Shown here piece by piece: positions 1-9,348 of a stretch of 15,254 nucleotides of DNA. The number at the start of each line of letters is the position of its first letter. Positions within the stretch are counted from its first letter, which is position 1. Position numbers and translations under genes: made by a program. Source of the stretch: Promethearchaeota archaeon (GTDB lineage Archaea; Asgardarchaeota; Lokiarchaeia; Sigyniarchaeales; SOKP01); assembly GCA_048941015.1 (NCBI GenBank), contig JBHLNZ010000068.1, positions 1-15,254 of the forward strand. The letters run 5' to 3'. Below the pieces are notes generated by a model. It made no database searches and was not told the DNA's origin. It worked only from the letters and a program-made list of their open reading frames with translations.

Positions 1-581
1 TCTTCAGTGACTGGAACTTCATTTGGGTCAACTAAACCATATTGCTCACTACTACAGGCAACTTGTACACTTTCTAAACCATCATCAAACCTTCTGGCTG
101 CCTCAAAAATTTTTAATGTACCAACAATATTATTATTGCTGACTCTTACTGGCTCTCTAAAAGAGGTCGGTATAAATGACTCTGCAGCAAGATGAAAAAC
201 GGCATTTGGTCGTATTTCTTCAAATACCTGTAGAATTCTTTCTGCACTTGTAATATCTGCTTCATGTAAGTGGATCTTACCTCTCAAATGTTCGATATTT
301 TCATGCATAGGAACAGCATGACGACGTATAGTTCCATGTACTTCGCATCCTAAATCTATTAATTGTTCTGCTAAATGGCTACCTGCAAATCCACTAATCC
401 CAGTAATTAGAATTCTCTTTCCTTTCCAAAACTTTTCATTAGGTAAAGCAGATTTTTGATCCTTGAATCCTTTTAAGTATGATTCAATGTTCTCTGGGGT
501 AATAATATACCCTTGCTCTTCAAGTTCTTTTACTCTTACGTTATCCTCAATAACATCTTCGATAGGTATCAGATCAACCAT
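1..581 (-). CDS. GDP-mannose 4,6-dehydratase-like extended SDR (NAD(P)-dependent epimerase/dehydratase), 3' end runs off the window
   Basis: Not in the ORF track; translated by hand from ATG at 581: MVDLIPIEDV...FWKGKRILITGISGFAGSHLAEQL...HEADIT...RPNAVFHLAAESFIPTSFREP...NIVGTLKIFEAAR...VACSSEQYG...VPVTE. It has the Rossmann TGxxGxxG motif, HLAAxS and SSE, as in the Gmd/Rmd family. The frame is open to position 1. Confidence 0.85.
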   Translation of the reverse strand, partial: MVDLIPIEDVIEDNVRVKELEEQGYIITPENIESYLKGFKDQKSALPNEKFWKGKRILITGISGFAGSHLAEQLIDLGCEVHGTIRRHAVPMHENIEHLRGKIHLHEADITSAERILQVFEEIRPNAVFHLAAESFIPTSFREPVRVSNNNIVGTLKIFEAARRFDDGLESVQVACSSEQYGLVDPNEVPVTE

Positions 582-735
582 AGTATACTTAAATTATAAT
601 ATTGAATAGATTTTTAATTTAATTATTAAAATTACGATTGTTTTTTAATAGTTTAATCTTAAATTATTTCAAGATTATTTCTGGATATTATAAAAACAAA
701 AAATAAAATAAATTGAAGGATTTTAATTACGTAAA

Positions 736-1923
736 ATGAAGAATATGAAAAAAGTTTTTTTATTATCACCTTTGGCATTAGAAAACGGCCGAGGAGGAGA
801 AATTTCATCGATGGAATTAGCAACAGGCTTGAATAAGTTATATAATGTTACATTTATGGACACAAATATCTTAATTGGAAAGAAATCTTTATCTAATAAT
901 GCTATAAGGAAAAAACTTATTAATCTCAAGAAAAAAGGGAGAATGATATTTGCAACATTCAGTTTTCATGGAAAGACATTTACTTTTCCATATCCCTCTG
1001 AGCTTTTAAGATTATATAGGGAGATAAAACAAAATGATATAATTTATTCTTCTTATCTTGACGTAAAATTAAGTATACTTATAATATTTTTCAGTGTTAT
1101 TCACAGGAAAGGAAAATTTATTATTGGGTATAGAAAACCACCTTATAGTGAGAAAGTTTTATCGCTTTATAATTTAAAGTATAGATTATCAATTCTTTTA
1201 TTTTCTATGTTTAAAAAAAATATAGTTCACCATGCTTTATCTTCATATTCTAAAAGTTTTTTGGATAATTTTTATGATCCAAATTCAGTTATTCATATTA
1301 CCCATGGAATTGATCTTGATAAATATAAGGGTAATGAATTGACGCATAAGAAACATGAAGTTTTAAATTTCGTATTTATAGGATATCTTGATAGCATTGA
1401 TAAAGGCGTTGATGTTTTATTAGAAGCTATAAATGAGTTAATTGAGGAGAATAAAAATCTTAAAATATTTTTTGAATTTTGTGGAATGGGTCCATTAGTT
1501 AAAGAAGTAGAAGAATTAGCAAATAAATATCCTGATTATGTTCGATTTAACGGATATATAAGTAATGAGGAAGTCGATAAACATTATAAAAAGAATGATG
1601 TGTTCTTATTTACATCAAGAAGAGAAACCTTACCTAGAACCATTATGGAAGCATTAGCGGGGGGATTAGTCATCTTAAGTAGTAAAACAATTGGTTCAAT
1701 TGAATTACTTAAAGGACAAAAATTTGCATATTTCTTAAAAGAACTTACTCCTCTTACAATAAAAGAAACAATAATTAAGATATACAATTTATGGGATACA
1801 AATTTTGAGCGATTTAATCAACTTCAAATTAAAGCAAAAGAATTTGTGTTTAAAAATTACTCTTTTGAAAAAGAATTGAATGAATTTAAGTTAGTTATTG
1901 ATAGGGGTACTTTTAAAAAGTGA
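736..1923 (+). CDS. Glycosyltransferase family 4 (GT-B, retaining)
   Basis: N-terminal GRGGE loop, HGID, FIGYL..KG.D.L, and the C-terminal E-x7-E motif (ETLPRTIME-ALAGG) typical of Glycos_transf_1. The start could be the second ATG at 745. Confidence 0.9.
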   Translation: MKNMKKVFLLSPLALENGRGGEISSMELATGLNKLYNVTFMDTNILIGKKSLSNNAIRKKLINLKKKGRMIFATFSFHGKTFTFPYPSELLRLYREIKQNDIIYSSYLDVKLSILIIFFSVIHRKGKFIIGYRKPPYSEKVLSLYNLKYRLSILLFSMFKKNIVHHALSSYSKSFLDNFYDPNSVIHITHGIDLDKYKGNELTHKKHEVLNFVFIGYLDSIDKGVDVLLEAINELIEENKNLKIFFEFCGMGPLVKEVEELANKYPDYVRFNGYISNEEVDKHYKKNDVFLFTSRRETLPRTIMEALAGGLVILSSKTIGSIELLKGQKFAYFLKELTPLTIKETIIKIYNLWDTNFERFNQLQIKAKEFVFKNYSFEKELNEFKLVIDRGTFKK

Positions 1924-1982
1924 TTTATTTCAAAAATTACCTCTGATTTTTTCTTCTAATTAAGTAAAAAAGGAATTGAAGT

Positions 1983-4412
1983 TCAGTGTGTTAAAAGCCA
2001 TTTCATAATAGCTACGTATTTCTGAACATATACTTTATATGAAAAAAAATTTATTGCCCAATTGGATAGATCTCGTCGATTAATTGCTAAATAGTTATTG
2101 ATAAAAGTTTTTAATTTTGATAAAACTTCATTATCGTCATAAATATCATTTAAAACAATACCGTAATCTGTTTTTACTAACATTTCGGAGAAATTTGCTA
2201 TTCCAATTCCAGTGATGACTGGTAAACCACAACAAAGATATTCGCCGAATTTTCCAGGAGCTGCGACGTTATTCATTGGATGGTTATCTCTTAATATAAT
2301 CCCTAAATCTGCGGCATTAAGATAATTGGGAATTTTTTCATTAGGGACAGAATATCTTATTATCAGTTCATCTTGAATAATATTATGTTTTTTTAAAAAA
2401 TTATTTAAAATATCTTTGTCCGATTCTCTAGTAATGATAATAAATTTAATACTGTTTTCTATTTTTTTAATTAGATTGTAAATTTCCAAGGTTCTTGATA
2501 TCTTTTGCCAGCTGAAGTAAACACTTCCAACATAGATCATAACAAAAGCAGTCTTTAAACCAAGTTTTTCTCTCATTTGCATTCTTAGAGATGGATTAAA
2601 GTAAAACTTATTTGAATCGCAACCTGTTGTTAAAGTACTAATCTTTGCTTTATCTATTGAGTCTCTTGAAATGTACAAATCTTTTAAATTCTCAGTTACA
2701 CATAATATATGGTCTGCTTTCTTTAAACTAGATTTATACCTTTCTAAAATGTAATTTTGATTTTTTAATATATTCGAGTAAAATTTTTTTTTGTAAGGAT
2801 GAGTTTCAAGATATTGAAATTCGGATTCAATATCCCCCTCACTTTCTATAATATATTTGAATCTCCGTGGAAAAATTATTTTTAATTTTTCAAAAATGAA
2901 CGTCCCCCTTTTTCTAACCTGGACTATTACCATCTTATTTCTAAGAATTTGATATAAAAAGAACAGAAAAATTATTGCTCTGTCCAAAAATTTTATAGAG
3001 GGGAGCATAATAAACTCATTACCCTTATATTTTGGAGGTAAGTTTAAAAAATCCTTTATACTAACAGTTGTAAATAAATAAATTGGTAAATCAAATTTTC
3101 TCGCTTCTAAAACCCAACCCTTATAAAAATGTAGATGAGCACTTAAACCTCTTGGAGCGAAATAATAAATTTTTCGGTTTTTCCATTTTTTATCTTTTTT
3201 ATTATTTATTTTCTTTAAAAAATAGAAAAAGTGAAAAGGAATTATAATATTTACCAAAAACTCAATGTAAATATAAAATATCAATTTAATAAGAAAAATA
3301 AACTTATATTTTACTAGACCCGATTGATTGATTGTAGAATTAAAAAAAATTAATTTACGGATCTTTTTGAGATATATATATAGTAAACAAGCAATTCCGA
3401 TTATAAACAAAGCTAATCGTGCTAGAAGAAAAATCGGAAAAATTACTAAATAAGCTGAAATGAAAAATAAAATTAAAAATTTTAAAATATTCACTTTTCT
3501 TTTTTGGAAGGAATAAATCAAAAAATTTTCTGTCCAAATCATCTTTTGGCGGATAAATTCCTTTAAACTGCTTGAATAATCAACAAATATCCTATGATTA
3601 TAGTCTACATTTCTATAGGTTTTAAATCCTTTTGAAAAAATATCCTCACCCATTGATTTATCAGTAGCATACTTTTTATCTTCAGAAAAGAATTTAATTT
3701 CCTTGATTACATCATAGTTTACCACGGAGGTTTGACCTGACATAATTTTTCTTTTTTGATATCTGCTAAATTTATATTTGAAGTCTGAATTTCTATCAAA
3801 CTGCAAATAATTTATAAAATCGTTGCTTTGCTGGGTTTCTAAGGGTCTAGCGCCTCCAGCTATAACATTTTCGTTCAAATTAGTGATTGGATAAATCATT
3901 CTTAAAAGAATTTCATCATTAATGTAGGTATCAGCATCAATGAAATAGACAAGCCCATCCTTAATATGATCTATGCATTGGTTAATTGCCTTGACTTTTC
4001 CTAAGGAAGGTCTTTCAGAACCACCTTTTTGGTGTAAAATGATAAAATTATCATATTTTTTAAATGAATTTGCTATTTCAATTGTACGTTTGTTACCCCC
4101 TGCATTGACTATCGCTCTTACTTTAGGGTAGGTAAGATTTTTTATGGATTCTAAACATCTTTTAAACAATTCTCCCTCTTTCCATGCTGGTACAAGAAAA
4201 TTTACAAGAGGAGTATACTTGAGATCCTTTAAAGCGATCGTTTCTGGATCTCTATGAATGTTATAAGCTTTAGCATATCGTCTGTCCTTTAATAAAAAAA
4301 TTAGTAAATGAATTATTATTACTACACTAATGATAGTAATAATTCCATAAATCGATTCCAAGAAAATTAATATAGAATTAAAAAAGATAATAATTTGATA
4401 AAATAAATTCAT
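1983..4412 (-). CDS. Membrane-bound GT2 glycosyltransferase fused in frame to a GT4 glycosyltransferase
   Basis: N-terminal TM segment(s), then VPAWKE, the DxD motif FIDAD, ATD (TED-like), QKMIW (QxxRW-like) and further TM helices. These are followed by a GT-B domain (ADHILCVT, YVGS, YLNAADLG, PGKFGEYLCCGLPVI). ATG at 4412 is preferred over the TTG at 4499. See the finding on the junction. Confidence 0.8.
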   Translation of the reverse strand: MNLFYQIIIFFNSILIFLESIYGIITIISVVIIIHLLIFLLKDRRYAKAYNIHRDPETIALKDLKYTPLVNFLVPAWKEGELFKRCLESIKNLTYPKVRAIVNAGGNKRTIEIANSFKKYDNFIILHQKGGSERPSLGKVKAINQCIDHIKDGLVYFIDADTYINDEILLRMIYPITNLNENVIAGGARPLETQQSNDFINYLQFDRNSDFKYKFSRYQKRKIMSGQTSVVNYDVIKEIKFFSEDKKYATDKSMGEDIFSKGFKTYRNVDYNHRIFVDYSSSLKEFIRQKMIWTENFLIYSFQKRKVNILKFLILFFISAYLVIFPIFLLARLALFIIGIACLLYIYLKKIRKLIFFNSTINQSGLVKYKFIFLIKLIFYIYIEFLVNIIIPFHFFYFLKKINNKKDKKWKNRKIYYFAPRGLSAHLHFYKGWVLEARKFDLPIYLFTTVSIKDFLNLPPKYKGNEFIMLPSIKFLDRAIIFLFFLYQILRNKMVIVQVRKRGTFIFEKLKIIFPRRFKYIIESEGDIESEFQYLETHPYKKKFYSNILKNQNYILERYKSSLKKADHILCVTENLKDLYISRDSIDKAKISTLTTGCDSNKFYFNPSLRMQMREKLGLKTAFVMIYVGSVYFSWQKISRTLEIYNLIKKIENSIKFIIITRESDKDILNNFLKKHNIIQDELIIRYSVPNEKIPNYLNAADLGIILRDNHPMNNVAAPGKFGEYLCCGLPVITGIGIANFSEMLVKTDYGIVLNDIYDDNEVLSKLKTFINNYLAINRRDLSNWAINFFSYKVYVQKYVAIMKWLLTH

Positions 4413-4580
4413 ACTTAATATCCAAAGTTTACATTTTATTAAATCTATTATGTATTTTATAGAAAAATAGATTAAATTTAAAGTTGATAGAGAAAACAAT
4501 AAAAAGTGGTATAGATGCGTATTAGAAAAATGAGAATCAACTTATTAATCATTTCTAAGTAAATTTATATTGAGTTCTAA

Positions 4581-5693
4581 TCATTTGTCAATTTTTTCTA
4601 ATAAAATTTTAATTAACCTCTCTCCTATTTTGTTAGTTGTACAATATTTTTTAAATAACCTATAAGCGTTTTCTGAAATCTCGTATCTTAATCTTTTATT
4701 ATTGATTAATTTTAAAATTGCATCTGCTAAAGATTTAGAATTCCCAGGATCACATAAAATAATATCTTTGCCTTCTGTGAATAACTCTCTTACAGCAGCA
4801 CTTTCAGCAGAGATCATAGGAATTTTCATAGCCATTCCATCAAACAATTTATTTGGTATAACTAAATCTACTTTGAAAAAAGCCCCAAAAATTCCAAGAC
4901 CAATATCACAATTTGCAATTATTTTTGCAACCTCTTTGACTGGAACGAAATCAAGAAATTTTACATTTTTCAGATTTAATCTTTTCACTAATTCTTTATC
5001 TTTCTCATAAGTTATTCCTCCTCCCAGTAGGAGTAGTGAAAGATTTTTTTGTTCTTTAAGAGATGCTATTGCCTTAATTATATAGTTTACTCCGGATGCT
5101 TGGATGAAACTACCCCAGAATCCAACTAATATGTTATGATTATCTGATTTCTCGCATTCTATCGGATAAAAATAGTCTTCTCGACTCCCTACATATATCT
5201 TTCTAAATTTCTTTAACGGAATTTTAAATGTTTCACGAAAATATTTAATATGAGAAGCTGTATCTAATACTACAAAATCAGATAGATGACATAATAAAAA
5301 TTCCAATACATAAAAATACAAGTAATACAATATCTTCGGAATAAATCTCTTTCTATTTTTCAGGCCATAAACATTATAATAAGTTAATAGCTTAGAAATA
5401 TGAACATCATGGATTAAGGGAACTCCTTTTAAAAACGCTAATAATTTTGAAAACATAAAGGAGATTGAATTCCTAAATGAATAATAGATTATAGCATCAT
5501 ATTTGAGATTTAAAAATCTTTTAAAATTCTTAATTAAAAATCTAATCAAAGATTTATTGCGATATTTATTGGTATTAAACTCTATTACATTTATATTATG
5601 ATTACGAAGGCCCTGAATGAAATTATGGTTTCTGATATAATCTGGATTATAATTTCCAATATACAAAATATTTTTAAGTGATTTATTTGTCAT
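4581..5693 (-). CDS. Glycosyltransferase family 4
   Basis: GFWGSF..GV.YI, CDIGLG, IPNKLFDGMAMKIPMI and SLADAILKL are GT-B C-terminal motifs. ATG at 5693 (the ORF track starts one codon earlier, at TTG). Confidence 0.9.
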   Translation of the reverse strand: MTNKSLKNILYIGNYNPDYIRNHNFIQGLRNHNINVIEFNTNKYRNKSLIRFLIKNFKRFLNLKYDAIIYYSFRNSISFMFSKLLAFLKGVPLIHDVHISKLLTYYNVYGLKNRKRFIPKILYYLYFYVLEFLLCHLSDFVVLDTASHIKYFRETFKIPLKKFRKIYVGSREDYFYPIECEKSDNHNILVGFWGSFIQASGVNYIIKAIASLKEQKNLSLLLLGGGITYEKDKELVKRLNLKNVKFLDFVPVKEVAKIIANCDIGLGIFGAFFKVDLVIPNKLFDGMAMKIPMISAESAAVRELFTEGKDIILCDPGNSKSLADAILKLINNKRLRYEISENAYRLFKKYCTTNKIGERLIKILLEKIDK

Positions 5694-5874
5694 CAAAATC
5701 GTAATTTTGGTAAAAATGGTTTATAATATTTCAAGTGATAATTCTGAATTTAAATTTTTTTAACATTATATAGCATTATTGAAAATAGTAAAGCGATTAT
5801 TAGACAAATTAATAAACATAACATTATTTATTAACAAAACTAACAAGTTCTTCTTAAAATCTAGAAGTTGTACT

Positions 5875-7518
5875 ATGTCTGAGCCTACTAAGAATAACGT
5901 AGATGAAGAATTAAAGCAAAACCAGAGAACTTTAGCTAAAAGTTCAATTTTTTCATTATTATATAAATATGGGGTTCAAATTTTCTCTATTTTTACTTCG
6001 ATTTTAATGGCAAGGATAGTCTCTCAAGCAGAGTGGGGATTATTAATATTAGCTATTTCTTATACTGGAATTTTCAGTCAAATTATCTCCTATCTTCCAC
6101 CAGGATTGGATTCAACTCTGAATTATTATATCCCTCGTTATATTGGTCTTAATAAATATAATTCCCTTAAATCGCTCATTAAAAATATGTTTTTTATTCG
6201 AGTAGTAATCTTAATTCCAGCATGTGTTATTCTTTTATTATTTATATTTTTCTTATCGAACATTTTCTTCATAAATTTGAATGAATCTATATATCTTCTT
6301 TATATTATGTTTCCAATTGTCATTGTATCTGGAATAAACCAAATATTAGCTGGTATAAATCGAGGGTTCAATATGTTCAAATTAATGTTTCAATTATTAG
6401 TTCTTAGTAATGCAATTTATCTAGGGGGTCTAATAGTCTTCTTTTTATTTCTTAGAAATATTGGAATTGAACCCATAGCCATACTTTATACAATTTCAAT
6501 CATTATTCCTTTTCTTATAAATCTCCTGCTAATGATAATCAAGTTAATTAAATTAAAAAAAAAAAGCAACGATTTAAATTCATCTTTTAGAGCTGATCTA
6601 AAAAAGATAATAAGTTATGGGACTCCAGTAACCCTGACAGTATCTATGTATTATCTTTGGGAACAAATTCAAATTCAAGCAATAGGAACATTCCAACCAA
6701 CAGAGGTAGTTACGGGTTTTTCTATTGCAAAAAATTACAGCCAGAACTCTATCAATGCTGTCACAGGTTTTAATGAGCCTTTGATTACTTCGGTTTCTAA
6801 ACTACATTCACAGAAGAACTTCAATGAAATTAATAAAATTTATAATACAATAAATAAGTTTTCAGTATTTATTCTTTTCATATTAACGGGAACTTTATAC
6901 TTTCTAGCAGATTTCTTTTTAAAATTTATTTATGGTGAAAGTTATCTCATTTTTTCAATTTATTTAAGAATTCTGTTATTTGCTTTTATGTTTCGAATTT
7001 TCTTAAATATGTTTGAGACTTATGTGCTTGCTACGAATAAAGTAAAACTTCTTCCTATTTACAAATCTATTGCTATAATAATATTAGCTATTCTATTCTT
7101 TTTTGGTTTAATGTATTATGGTATTTTAGGCGCTCTTGTAGGATTATTATTAGGAAATATTGCTCTATTTGTTATGTATCTCTTTCTAACATTAAAATTC
7201 TTATCAATTAAATTAAAAAGTATCTTTCTCCAATATTGCACTTTTTTTATCTCTTTTGCAATAACTTTATTTCTTCAATTACTCTTTTTTCAAAATTTTG
7301 AAGATCAAATCTTTATTTCATTAAATTTAGGGCTTTTTCAAAATTTACATCTTTTAGCAATAATTATTTTTTTAGGAATTTACTTATGTCTAAACATTAT
7401 TTTCCGAATATTTACTAAAAAAGATATCGAAGATGTGGAATCATTCTTTAGAAAAGATACAATGTCTCATCGATTTATTAAAAAAGTTCTTAATATTACA
7501 AAAAAAGTAGTTAGATAA
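5875..7518 (+). CDS. Wzx/RfbX-like oligosaccharide flippase (MOP superfamily)
   Basis: About 14 hydrophobic segments. The N-terminal pattern 'LAKSSIFSLL...SILMARIVSQAEWG' matches the ARxLGxxxYG-type motif, and mid-protein 'IISYG.P...VVTGFSIA...YGESY' also fits. It lies among glycosyltransferases. ATG at 5875 (MSEPTK) is preferred over the TTG at 5779. Confidence 0.85.
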   Translation: MSEPTKNNVDEELKQNQRTLAKSSIFSLLYKYGVQIFSIFTSILMARIVSQAEWGLLILAISYTGIFSQIISYLPPGLDSTLNYYIPRYIGLNKYNSLKSLIKNMFFIRVVILIPACVILLLFIFFLSNIFFINLNESIYLLYIMFPIVIVSGINQILAGINRGFNMFKLMFQLLVLSNAIYLGGLIVFFLFLRNIGIEPIAILYTISIIIPFLINLLLMIIKLIKLKKKSNDLNSSFRADLKKIISYGTPVTLTVSMYYLWEQIQIQAIGTFQPTEVVTGFSIAKNYSQNSINAVTGFNEPLITSVSKLHSQKNFNEINKIYNTINKFSVFILFILTGTLYFLADFFLKFIYGESYLIFSIYLRILLFAFMFRIFLNMFETYVLATNKVKLLPIYKSIAIIILAILFFFGLMYYGILGALVGLLLGNIALFVMYLFLTLKFLSIKLKSIFLQYCTFFISFAITLFLQLLFFQNFEDQIFISLNLGLFQNLHLLAIIIFLGIYLCLNIIFRIFTKKDIEDVESFFRKDTMSHRFIKKVLNITKKVVR

Positions 7519-7528
7519 GTAAATTTTT

Positions 7529-8152
7529 TTATAAATTTTTGAATTTTTGAATTACTGAATTTGGATCTTTAGCTTTTAATATTGCACTTGAGCTTGTTAA
7601 AATGTCTACTTTTTTCATCTTTTTTATAGTTTCCAAATTTACTCCTCCATCAACATCAATAATGAAAGGATATTTTTTTTTTAACTTTGATAATTGATAT
7701 ATTTTCTGTAAAGTCTCGGAAATGAATTTCTGCCCAGAAAATCCTGGTTCAACTCCTAAAATTAACACAACATCAAGTTTAGGTAGAAGATATTCAATTT
7801 GAGCAATTATTGTCTTTGGATTAAGAACTATTCCAACTAATTTACCCGAGGATTTTACTCTATTTATGATTTGAATTATGCCTCTTTCTATTTCAAAATG
7901 AAATAAAAAAACATCGATATAGTCAATGATCTCATCAATATATTTCAAGGGATCAGAAACCATCAAATGGACTATAATAGGTATGTTAAAATTTGCCTTT
8001 ATTTCTTTAAAAACATTTAAATTAAGACATTTATTCTCGACAAATTTGCCATCCATTACATCAACATGAAAATAATCGAAATTCTTTAAGTTTTTCAACG
8101 GTTCAATCGAGAAATCATTGGTTGCATGAATTGAAATAGCTACTTTTTTCAT
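7529..8152 (-). CDS. rpe: Ribulose-phosphate 3-epimerase
   Basis: HVDVMDGKFV, VHLMV, V.PGFSGQKF and VDGGVN are signature motifs, with the metal ligands His/Asp/His/Asp present. Length of 207 aa fits. Confidence 0.9.
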   Translation of the reverse strand: MKKVAISIHATNDFSIEPLKNLKNFDYFHVDVMDGKFVENKCLNLNVFKEIKANFNIPIIVHLMVSDPLKYIDEIIDYIDVFLFHFEIERGIIQIINRVKSSGKLVGIVLNPKTIIAQIEYLLPKLDVVLILGVEPGFSGQKFISETLQKIYQLSKLKKKYPFIIDVDGGVNLETIKKMKKVDILTSSSAILKAKDPNSVIQKFKNL

Positions 8153-8270
8153 GATTGTTCCATTTAATTAAAATGAATGAAAATTTTAATATCATTTCTT
8201 ATTTACTTCCTTAATTTTTATTAGCCAGTGATCATTAATTATACTATTCAAAGCTTAAAATTGTTGATTT

Positions 8271-9311
8271 ATGGATAAAATTTTGGTAACTGGTGCCGCT
8301 GGATTTATAGGGTCTCACCTTATTGACTATTGCATTAAAAAAGAATTTGAAATATACGCGTTAGATCGCCCAAATGTCTCAATGAGAAACTTAATGCATT
8401 ATACCAATAATAAAGAATATTTTTTAAAAAAAGACAAGAACAAAATATTTGGTGAAAAAATTAAAATCTCAAGTAATAAACCAAATTTATCGTTTATAGA
8501 ATGTGATTTAAAGAATAGTAAATTATTAGAAAAAATCATAAGCAATCTTAGACCAAAATTTATATTTCATTTCGGCGCTCAACCATATATCTTACCATCC
8601 TGGGAAGACCCTCGCAATACTATTGAAATTAACGTTATTGGCACAATTAACATTTTCGAACCATTGAAAAATTACAAGATAGACGCAAAAGTAATTTTTG
8701 CAGGAACCTCGGCAGAATTTGGTAGTACTGCTAATATCGGACGTCCATTAAAAGAGGATGATCCTTTATTGGCAATTCATCCTTATGGAATAAGTAAGTT
8801 AGCTTCAGAGCTATTAGGAAGACAGTATTTTCTCAATTTTGGAGTTAAAACCCTAAATTTACGGTTCTTTAATTTAACTGGAACACGAAGAGTTAATGAT
8901 GCAGCATCTGATTTTATAAGAAAAATCGCTCAAATTAATCTCGATTTAGCTGAACCTGTTATCGAAGTTGGAAATCTCGAACCATATCGAGACATATTAG
9001 ACGTAGAAGATGCTGTAGCAGGAATCTGGTTAGTAGCAACTAAAGGCCGCCCAGGTGAGGTGTATCATATCTGTTCAGGTAAAAAAGTTCAAATTCGGGA
9101 GCTTCTAAAGATTGCTTTAAGCTTAACTGAAAAAAAAATAGAAGTTATTGAAAATGTCCCCGAAAAACTTAGAACTACTGATGAGGACATTATTATTGGA
9201 GATAATTCTAAGGCAACATCAGAATTAGGTTGGAAAGTGACTAAGAATCTTAAAGAAACTCTTACAGATATGTTTAATTATTGGATTGACTATTATCAAT
9301 CGAATTTATAG
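8271..9311 (+). CDS. GDP-4-keto-6-deoxy-D-mannose reductase (Rmd)-like / GDP-mannose 4,6-dehydratase family extended SDR
   Basis: TGAAGFIG, PYGISK (YxxxK), RFFNLTG, VGNLEPYRDILDV, GEVYHICSG and ELGWK. The overall pattern resembles Rmd/Gmd family proteins. The exact activity cannot be determined from sequence. Confidence 0.8.
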   Translation: MDKILVTGAAGFIGSHLIDYCIKKEFEIYALDRPNVSMRNLMHYTNNKEYFLKKDKNKIFGEKIKISSNKPNLSFIECDLKNSKLLEKIISNLRPKFIFHFGAQPYILPSWEDPRNTIEINVIGTINIFEPLKNYKIDAKVIFAGTSAEFGSTANIGRPLKEDDPLLAIHPYGISKLASELLGRQYFLNFGVKTLNLRFFNLTGTRRVNDAASDFIRKIAQINLDLAEPVIEVGNLEPYRDILDVEDAVAGIWLVATKGRPGEVYHICSGKKVQIRELLKIALSLTEKKIEVIENVPEKLRTTDEDIIIGDNSKATSELGWKVTKNLKETLTDMFNYWIDYYQSNL

Positions 9312-9348
9312 TAAAGAAAAATAGTTTTAAAATTTATATTATCTTATA

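Noticed and set aside
7-195. 62-aa + strand ORF
   Set aside because: Antisense shadow of the Gmd-like gene; no recognisable motif.
723-1787. Minus-strand ORFs 723..929 and 1584..1787
   Set aside because: Antisense shadows of the GT4 at 736..1923.
3355-3537. 60-aa minus-strand ORF
   Set aside because: Alternative frame nested in the GT2 TM region; Phe-rich composition is an artefact of T-rich codons.
4413-4499. TTG-started N-terminal extension of the GT2-GT4 ORF (likewise 5779-5874 for the flippase)
   Set aside because: It looks like translated AT-rich intergenic DNA; downstream ATGs give more plausible starts.
4702-5010. 102-aa + strand ORF
   Set aside because: Antisense to the conserved GT4 C-terminal domain.
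6555-6565. A11 homopolymer in the flippase as a possible phase-variation tract
   Set aside because: The frame is intact (poly-Lys), and similar runs occur elsewhere, including housekeeping rpe (T10 at 7673-7682). This is expected at this AT content, and only read-level length variation would revive the idea.
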